64,000 nucleotides of DNA from Fimbriosthenelais zetlandica (taxonomy: Eukaryota), in contig OZ365115.1 of assembly GCA_977030845.1 (NCBI GenBank), positions 10,106,001 to 10,170,000 of the forward strand, given 5' to 3'. Made by a program: the position numbers and the translations under genes. Shown piece after piece: positions 32,401 through 46,501 of the stretch; within the stretch, counting starts at the first letter, position 1, and each line of letters opens with the position of its first letter. Below the pieces are notes generated by a model. The model did no database searches. It saw only the letters and a list, made by a program, of their open reading frames with translations, and was not told the origin of the DNA.

Positions 32401-35400
32401 TAATCACTGTAGACAGACCAATAAAGTTTTTATAGGATCCCACTGATACGAAGGAGATAATTGTATGTACATGTACATAATATTTATCAATGTTGTTGAG
32501 AGATGCATTGGGGCCTAGAGTTACTAATAGATTCGTAATGTAAATTATAAATACCAGGGTAATCTAATAGATATATTCTTGTGCAGAACATACGCAATGA
32601 AATGTGTTCTGTACCATATACTCACTGTGATCTATCATCGAGCATTCTATACTCGTTGGATCTATATCTGGAGGAGTTTGTATGCTGGAGTATGCGTAAA
32701 ATCCTTAATACAACTGATTGTCACAAATGTGATATTTACAAACATTTCTTGTCTCCCCGGGCAGAATACTTTGTTATGTAATAGACGAAAGCGAGAAGCA
32801 AGAACTGCATTGAATTTTGAACAATTGTAATTGGATGCATTTGAAAAGAAGGAACCGATTTAAGTCTGTCAAAAGTTATCAATATACTATATGAAAATAT
32901 AAATCCATATTGGATTTTTATATTGAGATAAATCAATTTCCCCGGTCTCAGTTCCATCATCCGAAAAGTTTCATCATTTAAAAAAAAACATTCCAACACT
33001 TGAGCTTTCCGAATGCACCCAACCACCAGTCTCTCGTGTAGGTGTGCTATACCTCTCGTCATCCTACCATATAGACCAGGCAGGTGAGAGGACCAGCCCA
33101 GTCACCTGGCAAGTCAGCCAGCAAGCAAGCAGCCCGGCAACCAATCCAGGTACATCTACTACCCTCACCATATACCCACAACACTCTCATCAGACTCCGG
33201 TTGAACTGCAATGCAACCCCTTTAAGCCTTACCACTATACAAGTACGACCAACTCATTCATCCCCCAACACTTCCCATGCTGGAATACTACAACAAACAT
33301 GAACCTGGTGGTCACATACTGACGAGCTTTACTAGGCCTGGATAAGTTTACAACTGTGGATTTACACTTAGTTGTGAGGTTACATTGCCAGAGCGAGAGA
33401 CAAGAGGTGGACATTGGAAACTGATTCATTCAGGAAGAAAAGTGAAAGCCTATACCTACAAACTTTCCTGGATTCCAAATACAGTTTATTTTCCTGGTGC
33501 AACTCCAGAAAAGTGTTTTTTTTTAAGATTAAATGAGTATTGCCTAGATATTCGTTGGACTGTTTCACAACCCTGCATATACCCCCAGGTGCTATTACTC
33601 CTTACATATGGGTTAAGGCTGACATTGGTTGAACTCTGTGCATTCCTCCCATACCTGAACATATCGGTGACTAAACTGTAATTGACAAACCTTTAATAGA
33701 TTTGCTCACAAAACAAACTGCGGAATTGCCCTGTTTGTCTCAATGAAGCAACATTGCAATGCATGACATGTATAGGAAAATACCATCGTCGGCTCTGTGT
33801 ATGTGAATTACAGCGGCTATTTCTGAGGGAACAAAAGCACTGACTATTGGAAACTGCAGAATAAATTGTTCTCAACGGATTGTGATCTGCATTGGAAAGT
33901 ATTATTTACATTGACGAGAAGCAAGTAAACTGCAGGCATCTCACGAGGAAGCCCAATATTTACACCTGGCCTGGTTGTAGAAGAAGAAGTTTGGTATGCA
34001 TTTGAATTTTATTTTTTCTGGGTTATTTATGTAATATCGTGGGTGTCTGAATGTTTGTGATGTCATGTGATATGAGGTGTTCTAAGGGGGGAGGGTAACG
34101 AGCGGGGACGATATCCCAAGGGCCTGAGATGGGAGGGAGGCGGAGGGATGAAGATAGATATAGGGAGAGGGATCGAGGTGCATGGGACAGGGATGAGGTT
34201 AAACTTTTCAGTGATGCAAAAGCCAGCCGTGGTACGAATATTGCAAGGATACATAGATGTGTCCCGAGCATGAAGAAATGTATTAAGTTTGCCTAAAAGG
34301 ACTGAAACCTTAACATGCAGAAAAGAAAAGAATTGCTATCAAAGGTATGGAATAAATAAGGTTCGTGATCTCAAATCTTAAGGGTATTGCACCTTAAATC
34401 AGTGATGAAATGTTATCAAGTAGTCTGACACTTATGAATTGAGCCAGATAGAGCAATGGATGAGAGGGAGTTAGATCCGAGGTACAGCACATGGGCAGGG
34501 CAACATATGTGATGGGTAGTCCGACTTAGAACTAATAGGTCGTCTAATAAACACAGATTTACCTTGCCTCACCCCATTTCATACAGAAAACGATCAAAGG
34601 CAAGTTACTACAGCAAATGGCTATAAGCTCACCTTTGTCTACATGCAGGCGAAATGAGGTTCACGCCACGGGTCCTTTGCCTTGTCAGCTCGCCCATATT
34701 TTATCTCTGCATTTTTACTTGTGAAACATAAACCAAAAAATGAAGCTGAAATTCGCTCATAATACCTAAATGTACATTACATGTAGAGGGTTTTTTTCAT
34801 GATATGATGAGCAGGCTTATGATGTAGGAGGGAGGAGGTGAGAGAAGGATAGACAGTTATAGATTGAACATTCCTCCCACTGACTACTTCTTTCTCCAGT
34901 TGCTACATCTACATCAGTCCTAATGACGTCCAGCTGGGGCAGGGCAGACCTAAAGTTAACTCCACACCCAGGGCCTCCACCCTCCCGACCTTCTCTATAT
35001 AAAATTCAGTCCAGGACTTCACACTTAACCCTCAAACCCCGGCTCTCCACGCAGTACATACCCTACTCCAGCAAGCTTTGCCTGAAGCCAGTTCTCATTT
35101 GGTCGTTGGTCCTGGACGTCGGTCGCCCTCCTCACCAAAATGTTCATACTTTATTCGTTTTCCAGTCATACGGTTTTATGTCTCCAATGTCTTCCACTCA
35201 TCTTTATCTTCTCATTTTAATTCATATATTCTTCTTCAAATTCCATGTGTCCTATGTCACCTCCTTTCTTATTCCTTAGAGAAATTTCTCACTATTTCTT
35301 ATATACATTTTTCTCTCCATCTTTACCTTATCCCTTATCCTCCCCCACTTCCGCCAGCACAACCTGCCTTACAAGTCACGTGATTTCATGGTCACGTGTT

Positions 35401-38400
35401 CCTCTTTTAAACGTTATAAACACTCGATTCTCCTGCTTTACAGAATTGAGAACCCAGACTGTTTTCCTAATGCCCTGCCCACATAGTCCCTCATCCTTGA
35501 AATAAGCTTTTCCTAAGGCGATTTTTTGGTCATGTATTTGTGGAATCCTCTTTTTAGCGCTCTTAAAGGGGAATAACACAGTATTCCTACAATATTATGT
35601 TCATTAGACTTTATATTTATTTCCCGTGAGATCTGGAAAGGCTTTTAATGTTCATGAACTAAGAAGCGGAGATAGATAGGTTTTTAATTTCTTTTTGAAT
35701 TTTCGAATCTGGCTGCCAGAAGTTTATTGTAAATACGATCAAATTTAGAAGCACTTGAGTTGAGAATTTGTGTTGACTTTATACCAAATTACTTCCAAGT
35801 GTGGCAGGGCCAGTTTACTTGATATTTTTTTCGGGGCTCAGTGAGAGAGGAAATGTGTGCTTTTGCAGAGGAGTGTAGAGTGTAGTGCAAGAGTATGGTT
35901 GCCATGTGGTGTGCTTCCAAGTTGATGATGATGATGAAGAGGAGAAGGAGGAGGGACAGAGACACACTCTCTCTGATTATAAACAAACTGTTGTGGAGAG
36001 TTTGTGAGCAGATAGTGAGGAGATGGGAGCAGATGGGAGGGAGGTGAGATATGGGTACAAGCCAGAGACATCTGTATCCACAGGTGCCATGCAGTTTACT
36101 CACATCTATGATAATAATCATAGCATCTATTAGAACAGCCAAACATTATACCTCTATTGCAAAACAATGCCATAACTTAAGTGGTCTTTGTCATATAAAT
36201 CTTCAGAATATGACATTAATATAATAGGAATGGATATATATTTTGTACTACAGAGCTGCGTTTCTGTTTTCATTAAGATATGATCAAGTCCATCCAAGCC
36301 CTTTCAGTGAAGCCTGTTCACTATTTAGAAGTTGGTGTCAGTTCAATTTAAGGAGAGGCTTGAAAGATATTCCTTGCCCTGGGTGCAATTTTCACTGCTT
36401 CTGAGTTCTAAGTGGAAACTAGTGGTGGATCCCGCACTGCATGAGAGACCTAGTGATTTCCGTTGGTCCAGACACGTTTTTTATTATCTATATTTACCAA
36501 CAAACAAGGATCTTTAACATGCACAGACCTACCTACACATGCATGCATAACAATGGCTTTCGTTTCCCTCAGAAAGAACCTGGTGTCTCAAAAAGACATT
36601 TTTTTAGAAACTTGAGAAGAGTGACCATGACCAAAGCTATGGAGTTTGGAAGCTGCCCCTGAACACTATTATGCATTGTAATCCAGAAACAAATATTTGA
36701 ACATATTAAAGAATGCGCTACCAAAAATGACAAAAGGGAATTTAACCACAACGTCCAATGCTTTTTAAGTTACAGACACTTATCTCAGAAGTGCTTTACT
36801 CAAATTGTCACCCACCATCTCCTCAATTTTACATTCGAATATTTTCTTAATTTACTGAAGTGCATGCCATACATACTTCCACAAGAATCAAGAAAGTCAT
36901 TTTTATCGACTTACAAACTCTTTAAGGGAATGTTTTTAGCTCTTTACACATCAGCATTTCTAACCAGCCCCAGCACCCAGCCCTCTCCAACTTGCCAGGC
37001 AGCCATCTCTGTATTATGGACAGCCCTTTGGTATACATATCTCCTGCCTTAATATAAATGCTGTTTGTGTTCTCATTCAAATACATGCCCACAATAAGAG
37101 TGACTTTGGAATGTCATACCTACACAGTACAGCCTCTCTCTATACCCATACCTGGATGGAATGTATAGGCTGTTTACATGATGAGAACGGGTATCACATG
37201 ACAAGGTCTGAGGTAGGGGTAAAAGACGGAATTCATTATTATTCCATTCCATATTCCTACCTAAAACATCCTATCCTTTTTATGCGTCTTCATTTATTTG
37301 CTTCTTTCCAATGATGATCGATAAGTTGTAAATAGCATGTAGTCGTGTGGTGCCATACACAGCAGGACTAGTAAACTCATAGACTGCTCTTTAACCTGTG
37401 AAGGACTTTTTTTTGGATATTTTATCATTTGATACAGTAGAAAGAATGATTTAAGACAAATTAATATAGGCCTAAAAATAATATTTCTCATGTAGCCATA
37501 TGTCTACCCATGCCATCTGGAATAGCGCCTTATCTTATCACCAGAGTATATTCAGAAGCAGTCAAAACAGATCGAATTATGCCAAAATAATCCCACCATT
37601 AAGTGATATTTTTGGTTATATATCAATTGTTATGAATAATATTCAGGTTAAATTATTCCGATGACGTTAAAGGTGGTAAGGGATTGGTTTACTCATAGAG
37701 CTCCTAGCATGTCGTGTTTTATGCTCCTTAAATTGCTTGAACCGCAGGTGAAATTTGTATGACCATTTTCTCAGTTTGAATACCCTTTTCTTAGGTCAGA
37801 ACTCCTGAAAAAAACATTCTATATGCCCCATTCTCCCACTTGTTTACCCACAACGCCACGACCAGTCTCACAGACAAACCTGAGGTAAATTCAGAACCTA
37901 TAGGTACTTGGGAAAATGAAATATGATATGAAAATCCCAAACAAACTGCTAAAAATATATTATATCAGGAGCTTATCCCGTGTTATTTTTCCAGAGACAT
38001 CGGTGAGAAAAAGGTCCAATATGAGAACTATTTGTATTCAATGCTGCCTCAATTTGTTCTGCTCCAAGAGGTCTATTATTTCCATAAGGCAATAACAGAT
38101 AGTAAAGGGCAATTTTGAAAAGAAGAGTTTGTCATGTACATGTGTGAATGGCCATACATGTTACTCTTTGTAGTTATGGTGAGAATAGGAAGTGGGATGG
38201 AATCTATGGGTTTTTTATCTTCAATAACAAATATGTCAAACTCATACATATGATCTCTAACCTGTACCTGACCTGAGATTCCCATGTGAGGTCCTCAGAT
38301 TCTCATGGTGTGGGGTATCGCCTCAATTTAAGATACTAAGACATGCTCGTGCTCTATGGGGAACCATATTTCTTATCATTATTTTCCCTCTTCCTGTTTC

Positions 38401-41400
38401 TCCTTTTCTTCTCCTTCTCCTCCTTTTGTTTCTTCTGTTTCTTTATTCATTTCCTTCTTTATTCCCTGCATCATATATATAGACTATATATAACTAAACA
38501 GCTATCCAGTGGTCGTTCGTTATGACAGTCTGAGCACAGATACCAGGTGATGGGTTGTGAGAGTCCTACTGTTGACTGCAGACAGAGGCTGGTACTAAGT
38601 TTAGTGTGAATTATTGTGGTTCACCGCAGTTATCACACCAGAAATTCACACACCAGTCATGACATCTCCACTTTACTACATTCCTAAAGTTTTTTTTATA
38701 AACTTCAAGTTATGAGTAATGGCATTATAGACATGTCTTTTAGATCTATATGTCCTTCCCTGAAGCCAAATGTCACAAAACGACTGTAGAAAATGTTTGC
38801 TTTCTTCATTTCCTCTTCATCTTTGCATATTAATATGCTGGTATATCTGACGCAAGCTGGGTTTCGATACAGGATTTTGTTAAATTCATCTAGAATCATA
38901 GACTTCGAAATTCTTCTCTGTCAAATTATGCTCAATGTAATTGAAAAGCCGAAAGAAAATTGTTAGAGGAAAATTAGAAATTGGAGACGTATAATCACGC
39001 CAGTTATTTTGCACATCTCCAATGACATGTAATACTTAGTTTGCAGTAATTAAAAGATCAGGGCAATACTCCCATGTTTGTTTCCAGAGCTTAAAACAAT
39101 TACGTACGGGAACTATCTTTCTCAATTAGTGCTTCGCAAAGCATCCATTTCAACAAGAGCACTTACAACCTGATGTTGAATAATTATAAAGTTAAATTTT
39201 TCAGAGGGATTTGCCGAGGCATTCCTTTAGACTTAAAATTGCTCTATAAGTGGTTCCAATTTAACATACCCTGGATCTTCCATCAATGCTTTCCTGGAAG
39301 CATTTGGTTGCAATTATCATTCCCCTTATTTTTGCCTAATAAATTTCTATTCATGTCATCGGTATGCCTTATGGTATCTAATAACTTTTATTTTATTAAC
39401 TGTTAATTTCTACTTGTAGAAATAAGGTAATGGCTTCTCGAATGTAATTAGCTTATGAAGAGGTCATGAATCAATTATACAAGTTGAAAGTTTTCCAACA
39501 AAAAATCGATCTATGGCCAGTCCCTTCTGAACATTCTCCTCTCTTCCTTATATCTTTTCGCCCTTTCCATACCTCTAGATTTCCACAATTTACGCTTCCG
39601 CAAACAAGACATATGCACCCCTAGACGTGAGCCTAATTATAATAAAAATGCTGCCTTATTATATTGAAAGTGGGACTCGTCATCATCAGCCGTGACAATT
39701 ACGTTTAAATTAAGATTCGGTTTCTCTAATATCACTTGGTCGTTCCTGGGTCGATCACCCACCTCCACCACTCCCTCCTCAATCCTGCATCCCCATCCAC
39801 GGGCCTTATCATTCCCTATACTCCCATCCCTCTCCCACGCATGCAAAAAGCCTCCCACCCTCACCCTGTAAAGTCTTCACTGCCACGCACCGTTAATTAG
39901 ATGGAATGTGTACCAGAATGAATAAAGCGTGAATAACAAGTGGATAACAACATACACAGCCTCCATGATGCTGTAGATAGACTATCAGGCGCCAGACATT
40001 GAATAAATGAAGGCACAATTAAGAGGGAAAGGGTTGTAGGCAATGTCCTGAGAAGAGAGAGCCAAGGAAAAAGTTTATATATGCCTCTGGTGATTATTTC
40101 TTGGAGTACCTTTTTTACCTGTACATAAAATAGCGAAGGGGAATAAAAGTGTCTACAATACCAGCGTTGTCAATGTCAGTATCGGTCTGAGGTGAATTCA
40201 TCAGATGACATATTGATAAGACTAGACTTTATCACTGTGGTGCAGGTAAAGAGTGATGCTACCAATGTAAATGAATTGCGGTGACCTATAGGCCTAAACA
40301 CAAGACGAATCATGATGCTCTAATACGTTTTAAACAATGTTTGTCAACGTATTTATTCCTATAGATCATGCACAGATGGATCTATACAGGTGTCCAAATG
40401 GTGAAGTTGCAATGTGTGGCCAGAAAACAATTTTGTGTATTTAGTCACCATAATCTTGTTATGTATCCATGTAAAAGCTACCATGGTTGTAATTGTACCT
40501 GTGGCTGTCTGCATTAATCACGTTCTGGTCCAAATATATCAACGACTATATACAATTAAAGGTGGTATAAGAGAGGATTGAGGTAATAAAGGGGGAGTGG
40601 CAGTATGGGGCGAAAGACAGGTCAAGATGGATGGGGAGACGGAAAGCAATGGTTTGGATCTGGCAATGATATATTTAAAGGCTATATCAGAAGATGTAGA
40701 CATGCAAAGAGAAAGAGAGAAAGGAAGAAAGAAGGAAAGAGAGAGGAGAGGGTGGAAAGTATAGGTAACCACAAGATCTGAATCAAAATTAGTCTTAGAG
40801 GTCAAAATTTGAACATATATTTGGCCAAGATCAGATTCTGAAAAACAGTCAGGTGAAGCATCAGAAGCAGGCAGAAAAACTGCGAGAAACTGATCGAGAA
40901 GAAGAAACCTGTGTGGGTGAGAGTGTCAGAGAGACATGTGAGAGAAGACGAGAGGCTGAGTCGGTACTTGGTAATAAGACCAGCATGCGCCTGGTGACAG
41001 TTGGGGGGTGGTGTAAGACTTGGCAGGAACCCCCAGGAAGGATGTAACTACCTATGATTATACCCTCCTGCCCGCCATCTCTTACCTTTCCATCTACACT
41101 CACTGTCACTCAGTCATCCCTTACAGATCCATCATAATCCCGAGACGCAAATCAAAAAGACTGCTTCGCTGACACACAAGAACAACGCTTTTCGTTATGA
41201 ACGTCCAATTTTAAGGACGCTCCTGGTTTTGAAGACCGCCTTTTTAGGACACTCTTGAGAGACTTGAAGCAATGACTGAGACTGAGGTTGTACAGAAAGA
41301 TGAGTTGTGGAAAAGCTATATGAAATATGAGCATGTAATTTGTAACTTGCAATTTGTTCATTTGATCCAGTATTTTATTACCGGAACGTATTAGCTCTTA

Positions 41401-41570
41401 CATTTTAACTGAAAAAATTGGCGACATGCTGGTTGTAAGAAATTGGTGAATAACACCTATAATAAAGGCCTGCTTATAATTGCTATTCTCATGAGCATCC
41501 TCAATTGGGTAGATAGATTTTATCTATACGACGAAAGACAAAAGGACGACGTCAATGATACAGATAAGGC

Positions 41571-41596
41571 AGACAGATAGACAGACAGACAGACAG
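41571..41596 (+). repeat. (AGAC)n microsatellite
   Basis: AGACAGATAGACAGACAGACAGACAG. Confidence 0.9.
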
Positions 41597-44500
41597 GTGG
41601 TGGGATGGGACAGGATTCTAGCCAGTGAGGCTGATTTTATTAAACTTTGAGGTGAACAAACATCCGGAATCCATAAAAACCCAAGATAAAGGAAGCATCA
41701 CTAACAATTGGCTTTATTGCATTTGTCTCCATCAATAAATATGGGTATAGATGATTGTACCCAGCCCCTCTTTTCCTACCAGTTTACTTTGCTCCCACAG
41801 GCGGCCATTTACATATCTAATTGCAGCTATTGGGGGTTGAGATGAAATGTGTTTATTATCCACTCACGGACCAGTGGGCGGTGGTCCAATGTCAATAGCT
41901 CCAAGCGTCTTCTTAGGAACTGCATATACACACCATTCACGAAAGGATTTTTCTCATGGTTTCTTTGCTATGGAAAACTTTACCTGTTCATTTTCTCTTT
42001 CTTCCTGTGAAAGCAAATGTATTATAGAACACGCCTTTCACATTTTTTCGAACTTCTCAGTCTTTCCCTTCAAATCTGATATATTTATATCCAAATTTAT
42101 AATTATATATGTCGATTTATGTGTTAAATCGAAAATGCAGATAGATTGCCATAAATATTTCTTTGAAAATCTTCAGATTTAGACCCCCAACAAGATCGAG
42201 ACATTTTCCTCATATTTCATTGGAGCCTTCAGCTCAGATTTTGCTATTTCAGAGCGAATGAATGAAAACACGTGTATTTGGATTTAGTAAATAGGTATTT
42301 GGACAAGTCCTAAGTGTATGGCATATAGCAGAATTTTAAAGTGGGATTTAAAATCATGAAAATGTCAACTATGCTGGGAAAAAACCTCCAGGGCAGTCCC
42401 CCTTACCTGTCTTGATACATCTCCTTCCCTCTCTGTTTGACAGCTGGCCTTTACTCATGCCCAATGTTTTTTCCGCTCTTCAGAAAGGCTTACATCGACT
42501 AAGCATATTCTAAAAAGATACGATCTTGACATGATTTTCATTCTGTAACAATTTTTGTTTTCTGTTCGCTTTTTTCCCCTAATTTCATATAGGTTGGGGT
42601 AAAAACACGAGCTGTGGGTGAGGTATTATTTGTGTGGGAAACGTCAATGCTAGGATTAAAATGTCATCGTTTATAATGCTTTGCATGCAAGACCTCCCGA
42701 ATGACAGCCGCAACGTCACTGAGAATTATTTTCTAGACGGCTTTTCCTTCCTAACTAAAGACTTATTTCAGCAAGGCTAGCCAACTGCGTAAACTTGAGG
42801 CGAGTGCTTTCCACTTTTAGGTCAATTGGGACGCTTGTCTGATGAATGAAAGAAAGTGAGCTTTCATCAGGAAGATGCGGACCAGTTAGAAATTGGTGAG
42901 GCATTCATCTTTTAGCAGCTACTTTAAATCATCTTCGATATGGCCGCAGTGGAGTGATGCCCGATGTGCTGATTTATTGCTGACGATTTCACTTCCGCTG
43001 AGTTATGTTTTTCGGGGAAGTTCTTTGAAGATACAGCATGAAACTGGATTTTAGGAGAAATAGTGCCCCACATGTGCTGCCAATATAGCTTACTATACTC
43101 CCGACCAGCTATTCCATATGAAACATCTGCAAATTAAAAAAAAATGATATCCAGATTAAATACAAATTTGATCCAAAACCTGCAAGGGCATGTAGTTCTG
43201 TGTTGGATTTGTCTTGAAGATGGGAGGCAAAGACCTGCCATTCTGGTTAGTTAGACCTCAGTCTCAAAGCTGGAATCACGTATCTCCAACACCGCATTAA
43301 TCTATTTAATCACCCCCATAACTTCCAAGACTTTTTTATTCACAACTATCTTGATGGACTTGACGGCACACTCATCCCTAGTATTTTAATCTTGAGGTGC
43401 AATCTGAACATGAAATGGGCCAAAAAAGTCTGGTCAATTGGAGAGTACATTTACATAGGGGGGATTTATGTGACAGATTTTCTGCTTGTGGTATGGAGTT
43501 ATGTTGGTACAATAGGAGAGAATGTAGTACCCCATTGGGCTTGACTTTCGTGCACGAGTAATTTCAAAATGCTTAAAATGACTATAAAAAATCTCAAGTA
43601 TGTGGTATGGTGATTACATGATGGATGGACTTGGGGGAGGGAGTCAGCAGAACAACGACCAAGAAGATCCCAAAAAAGGGAATAATAGTCGAATGGATAT
43701 CAGCAGACACATGGTGGTGGTAAAAGATCAATTAGGGTGATATATTATATGAAATACAGTGAATGAGGAAGGGAGAGAATTATCACAATAGGAAAATGAG
43801 TTTGTGGATCGGTTGTCCCTCGACTTTGACAAAAAGGAAGATGATGTGTTGAAGAAAGCGTATGAAGACAGTTATAGGACATGTAGGTCTTATGTATGTA
43901 GATGATGTCTTGGTACACAGGCAAAGTGGAGGATGACTCACAAGGAGCCCTAAACAAGGAATAATTTATGACCGCCCGGAGATTTTTTCCTTTTTCTTTC
44001 CATGTCAGTCTTCTTCCATTAGCTGGGTGCTTGGGGATACCTTCTGGTCGCTCACTAAGCATTGGGCAATCTGCCAAGTCAGACCCCTCCTTGTTAGGAG
44101 AGTCTTCTCTTAGTCCATGCTTCATTCCATATTGTTGACATTATTTTCTTTTCATACATAATAATGATGACATTTTCCCTCCCCAATAGTTTACAGATTA
44201 TGTTTAACATTTAAACGAGGGGTTAGCATACATCCTTTTAGAAATTGCCGACTTGCTTTGCGTCAGAAGGCAGTCAAAAAGGTCTTGGTCCGCCTAATTT
44301 CCCAGAGTGCTTTTCCTAGCTTATTCATCCAAATTTGCCTTAAAAATTAGAATATGGTATAAAAATGGGTGGGAATATAGGCAGAAAGAGTTGGAGGTCG
44401 TGAGTAACTTTACACTAGCTTGGAGGCACTTTATGCCTAACACAACAGACAACATGTGTCCCCCTGTGACAGCTGTCTCTTCCACTGTCACAGCACTAAC

Positions 44501-46452
44501 ATCTTCTAATTACTTGATGCCTTCTCTTTTTATCTTCATCCCACGAACAAGTGACAGTCAGTTTCTTGACAGTTTCTGTGTGACTGACATGGCCCTGAGC
44601 GTTTACCAATGCTAGTAACTCCGCCCACCATGGGACGTGGCCCCTCCCACTCTGGCTCTCAACTCCACCCCCTTAGGGGATACATACATAAGACAGTGAA
44701 ATAGGTGGCCGACCCTTGTCGAGGGACTAGGGGCGATGGTGGCTACAGCATATAGGTCCCTTGAGGCAGAATGTGGGATAAGTCATTGGGTCACAATGTT
44801 AGAGTTCAGGTTTGGCTTGTACTGGTGGAAAATAATGAATAACTTATTTTGTCGTGGTTTTAAGCAGGGGATAATACTCTTAGTTGTATACATCAATGGC
44901 CCAAGCAGTATTATACAGCCAAAGGAAAAATGTCATTCGTTCCAAGAAATAATAATCTGACCGCCTCGGCCACCATTCAACGACAAATTGTATACCTTCC
45001 TAGGATCTCCTTCTATAGGCCTTTTATACTGTCTATGGTGGAGAACTTTCAGAAAACATTTCTTCTACTTTTTAAATAGGCATACAGTTACATCTTGGCT
45101 TTTATGAATACATGAAGAGCTGTTCTTGCCTTTGGAACTTGCTTAAAGTGATTATTCAAACTTCTTAGGTCAGTATCATTATTTTTCCACCTTTGGGATA
45201 TATTTTAAGACAATGGATGTACAGTTAGTTGATGTCGAATTATTATTTGCCTATTTCGCTGATCTTAAAGATGCCTGGATATCTGGTGCGATAACAGTTC
45301 GCTGAGTGTACTCCCAAATGTACTTTAAGAGAAGATATCAATCTATCATATATATGTCCCCATGATTAATATATATACATATGACAAGATAGGTCTGATT
45401 TATTGCTAAATATATGGCTAATATTCCTTTCGAAACGGGAGATAACAATGACCGATATGTTTTTTGAAGGGAGTGGACATTTATATAAGAAACAGTCCAA
45501 TTTGACGCTTTCCTGTCGAATGTGGACGGGGCATACCTCTGGAGGCAATGTATTGAGATGATAAACATTACACTTGTCCTTGTTTTATCTAAGTGACAAG
45601 GATATGTGAGATCCCATAGTGAGAATCAATGGATCGATGACTGTTAAAAAGATAAGTGTATCTACCAATATGGTGAAAGGAACGTTTTTCATGTTGAACT
45701 AAAATACTAGGGCATTGATATACATCTGAGCACTTCTCTCGAAGGTGGCAAAGTCGTCACTTGCACACTTTGCATTCTGACATTGATGTTTTCTTCCACT
45801 TCTTAAATAAAGAGACTCCTTTAATAAAAATTGGTATCAGTTTTATATAAAGTTTTTCACTTCATCCAATGTGTCTGGATGGCTTTTATTTCTATGGTTC
45901 CAATACACCGGAAGTGCGCATTTAACCAACTTCCGCAAATATTCACCTATTATCGCTCACAGTATGGATCTAATAATTATGATCACATGCATGTATCTAC
46001 CTTAACATGTGCATGCTTTGATTCTTGCACTCTATAGGTCGTGATGTTACAGTAAAAATAGATCCGGTTCTTAAACGTAAAACCTCATTGTCAGTTGAAT
46101 GGATGAAGTGGAGTGGAACAGGGCAGAACAGCTTCAGAAGCTGACTCACTCCAGTGTGATCCCTGGCTAAAACTCACTCCATCAGAGAACAGATGTGGTC
46201 ATTTTCAGGCTGCTTTTGTTCACCGTCAACGTATTATGACTAAATCTGGCGGTTATGATGAATAATCTTTGAAACATTCACCCCTGGCACTTTTGAACAC
46301 TGCTGTAAAGTGGCATGGTTCTTGATCTATAGGGAAAAAAACTGTGGGACCGCTTTTGGTGTTCTTTGGTGTCTTTTGGTGTTTTGCTATCTCTTGCATG
46401 CAGATGTAAGTTGTGCAAAATTGATGATTGACCTAAGATGGCACATCTTTTT

Positions 46453-46501
46453 GCAATAGAGCTTTTTCAGCAATAGAGCTTTTTCAGCAATAGAGCTTTT
46501 T
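46453..46501 (+). repeat. 17-bp tandem repeat, ~2.9 copies
   Basis: GCAATAGAGCTTTTTCA units start at 46453, 46470 and 46487. Confidence 0.95.

Noticed and set aside
38589-38656. Hairpin GTGTGAATT...AATTCACAC, pre-miRNA-like
   Set aside because: It has large internal loops and bulges, only 9 contiguous pairs, and no match to conserved miRNA families I know.
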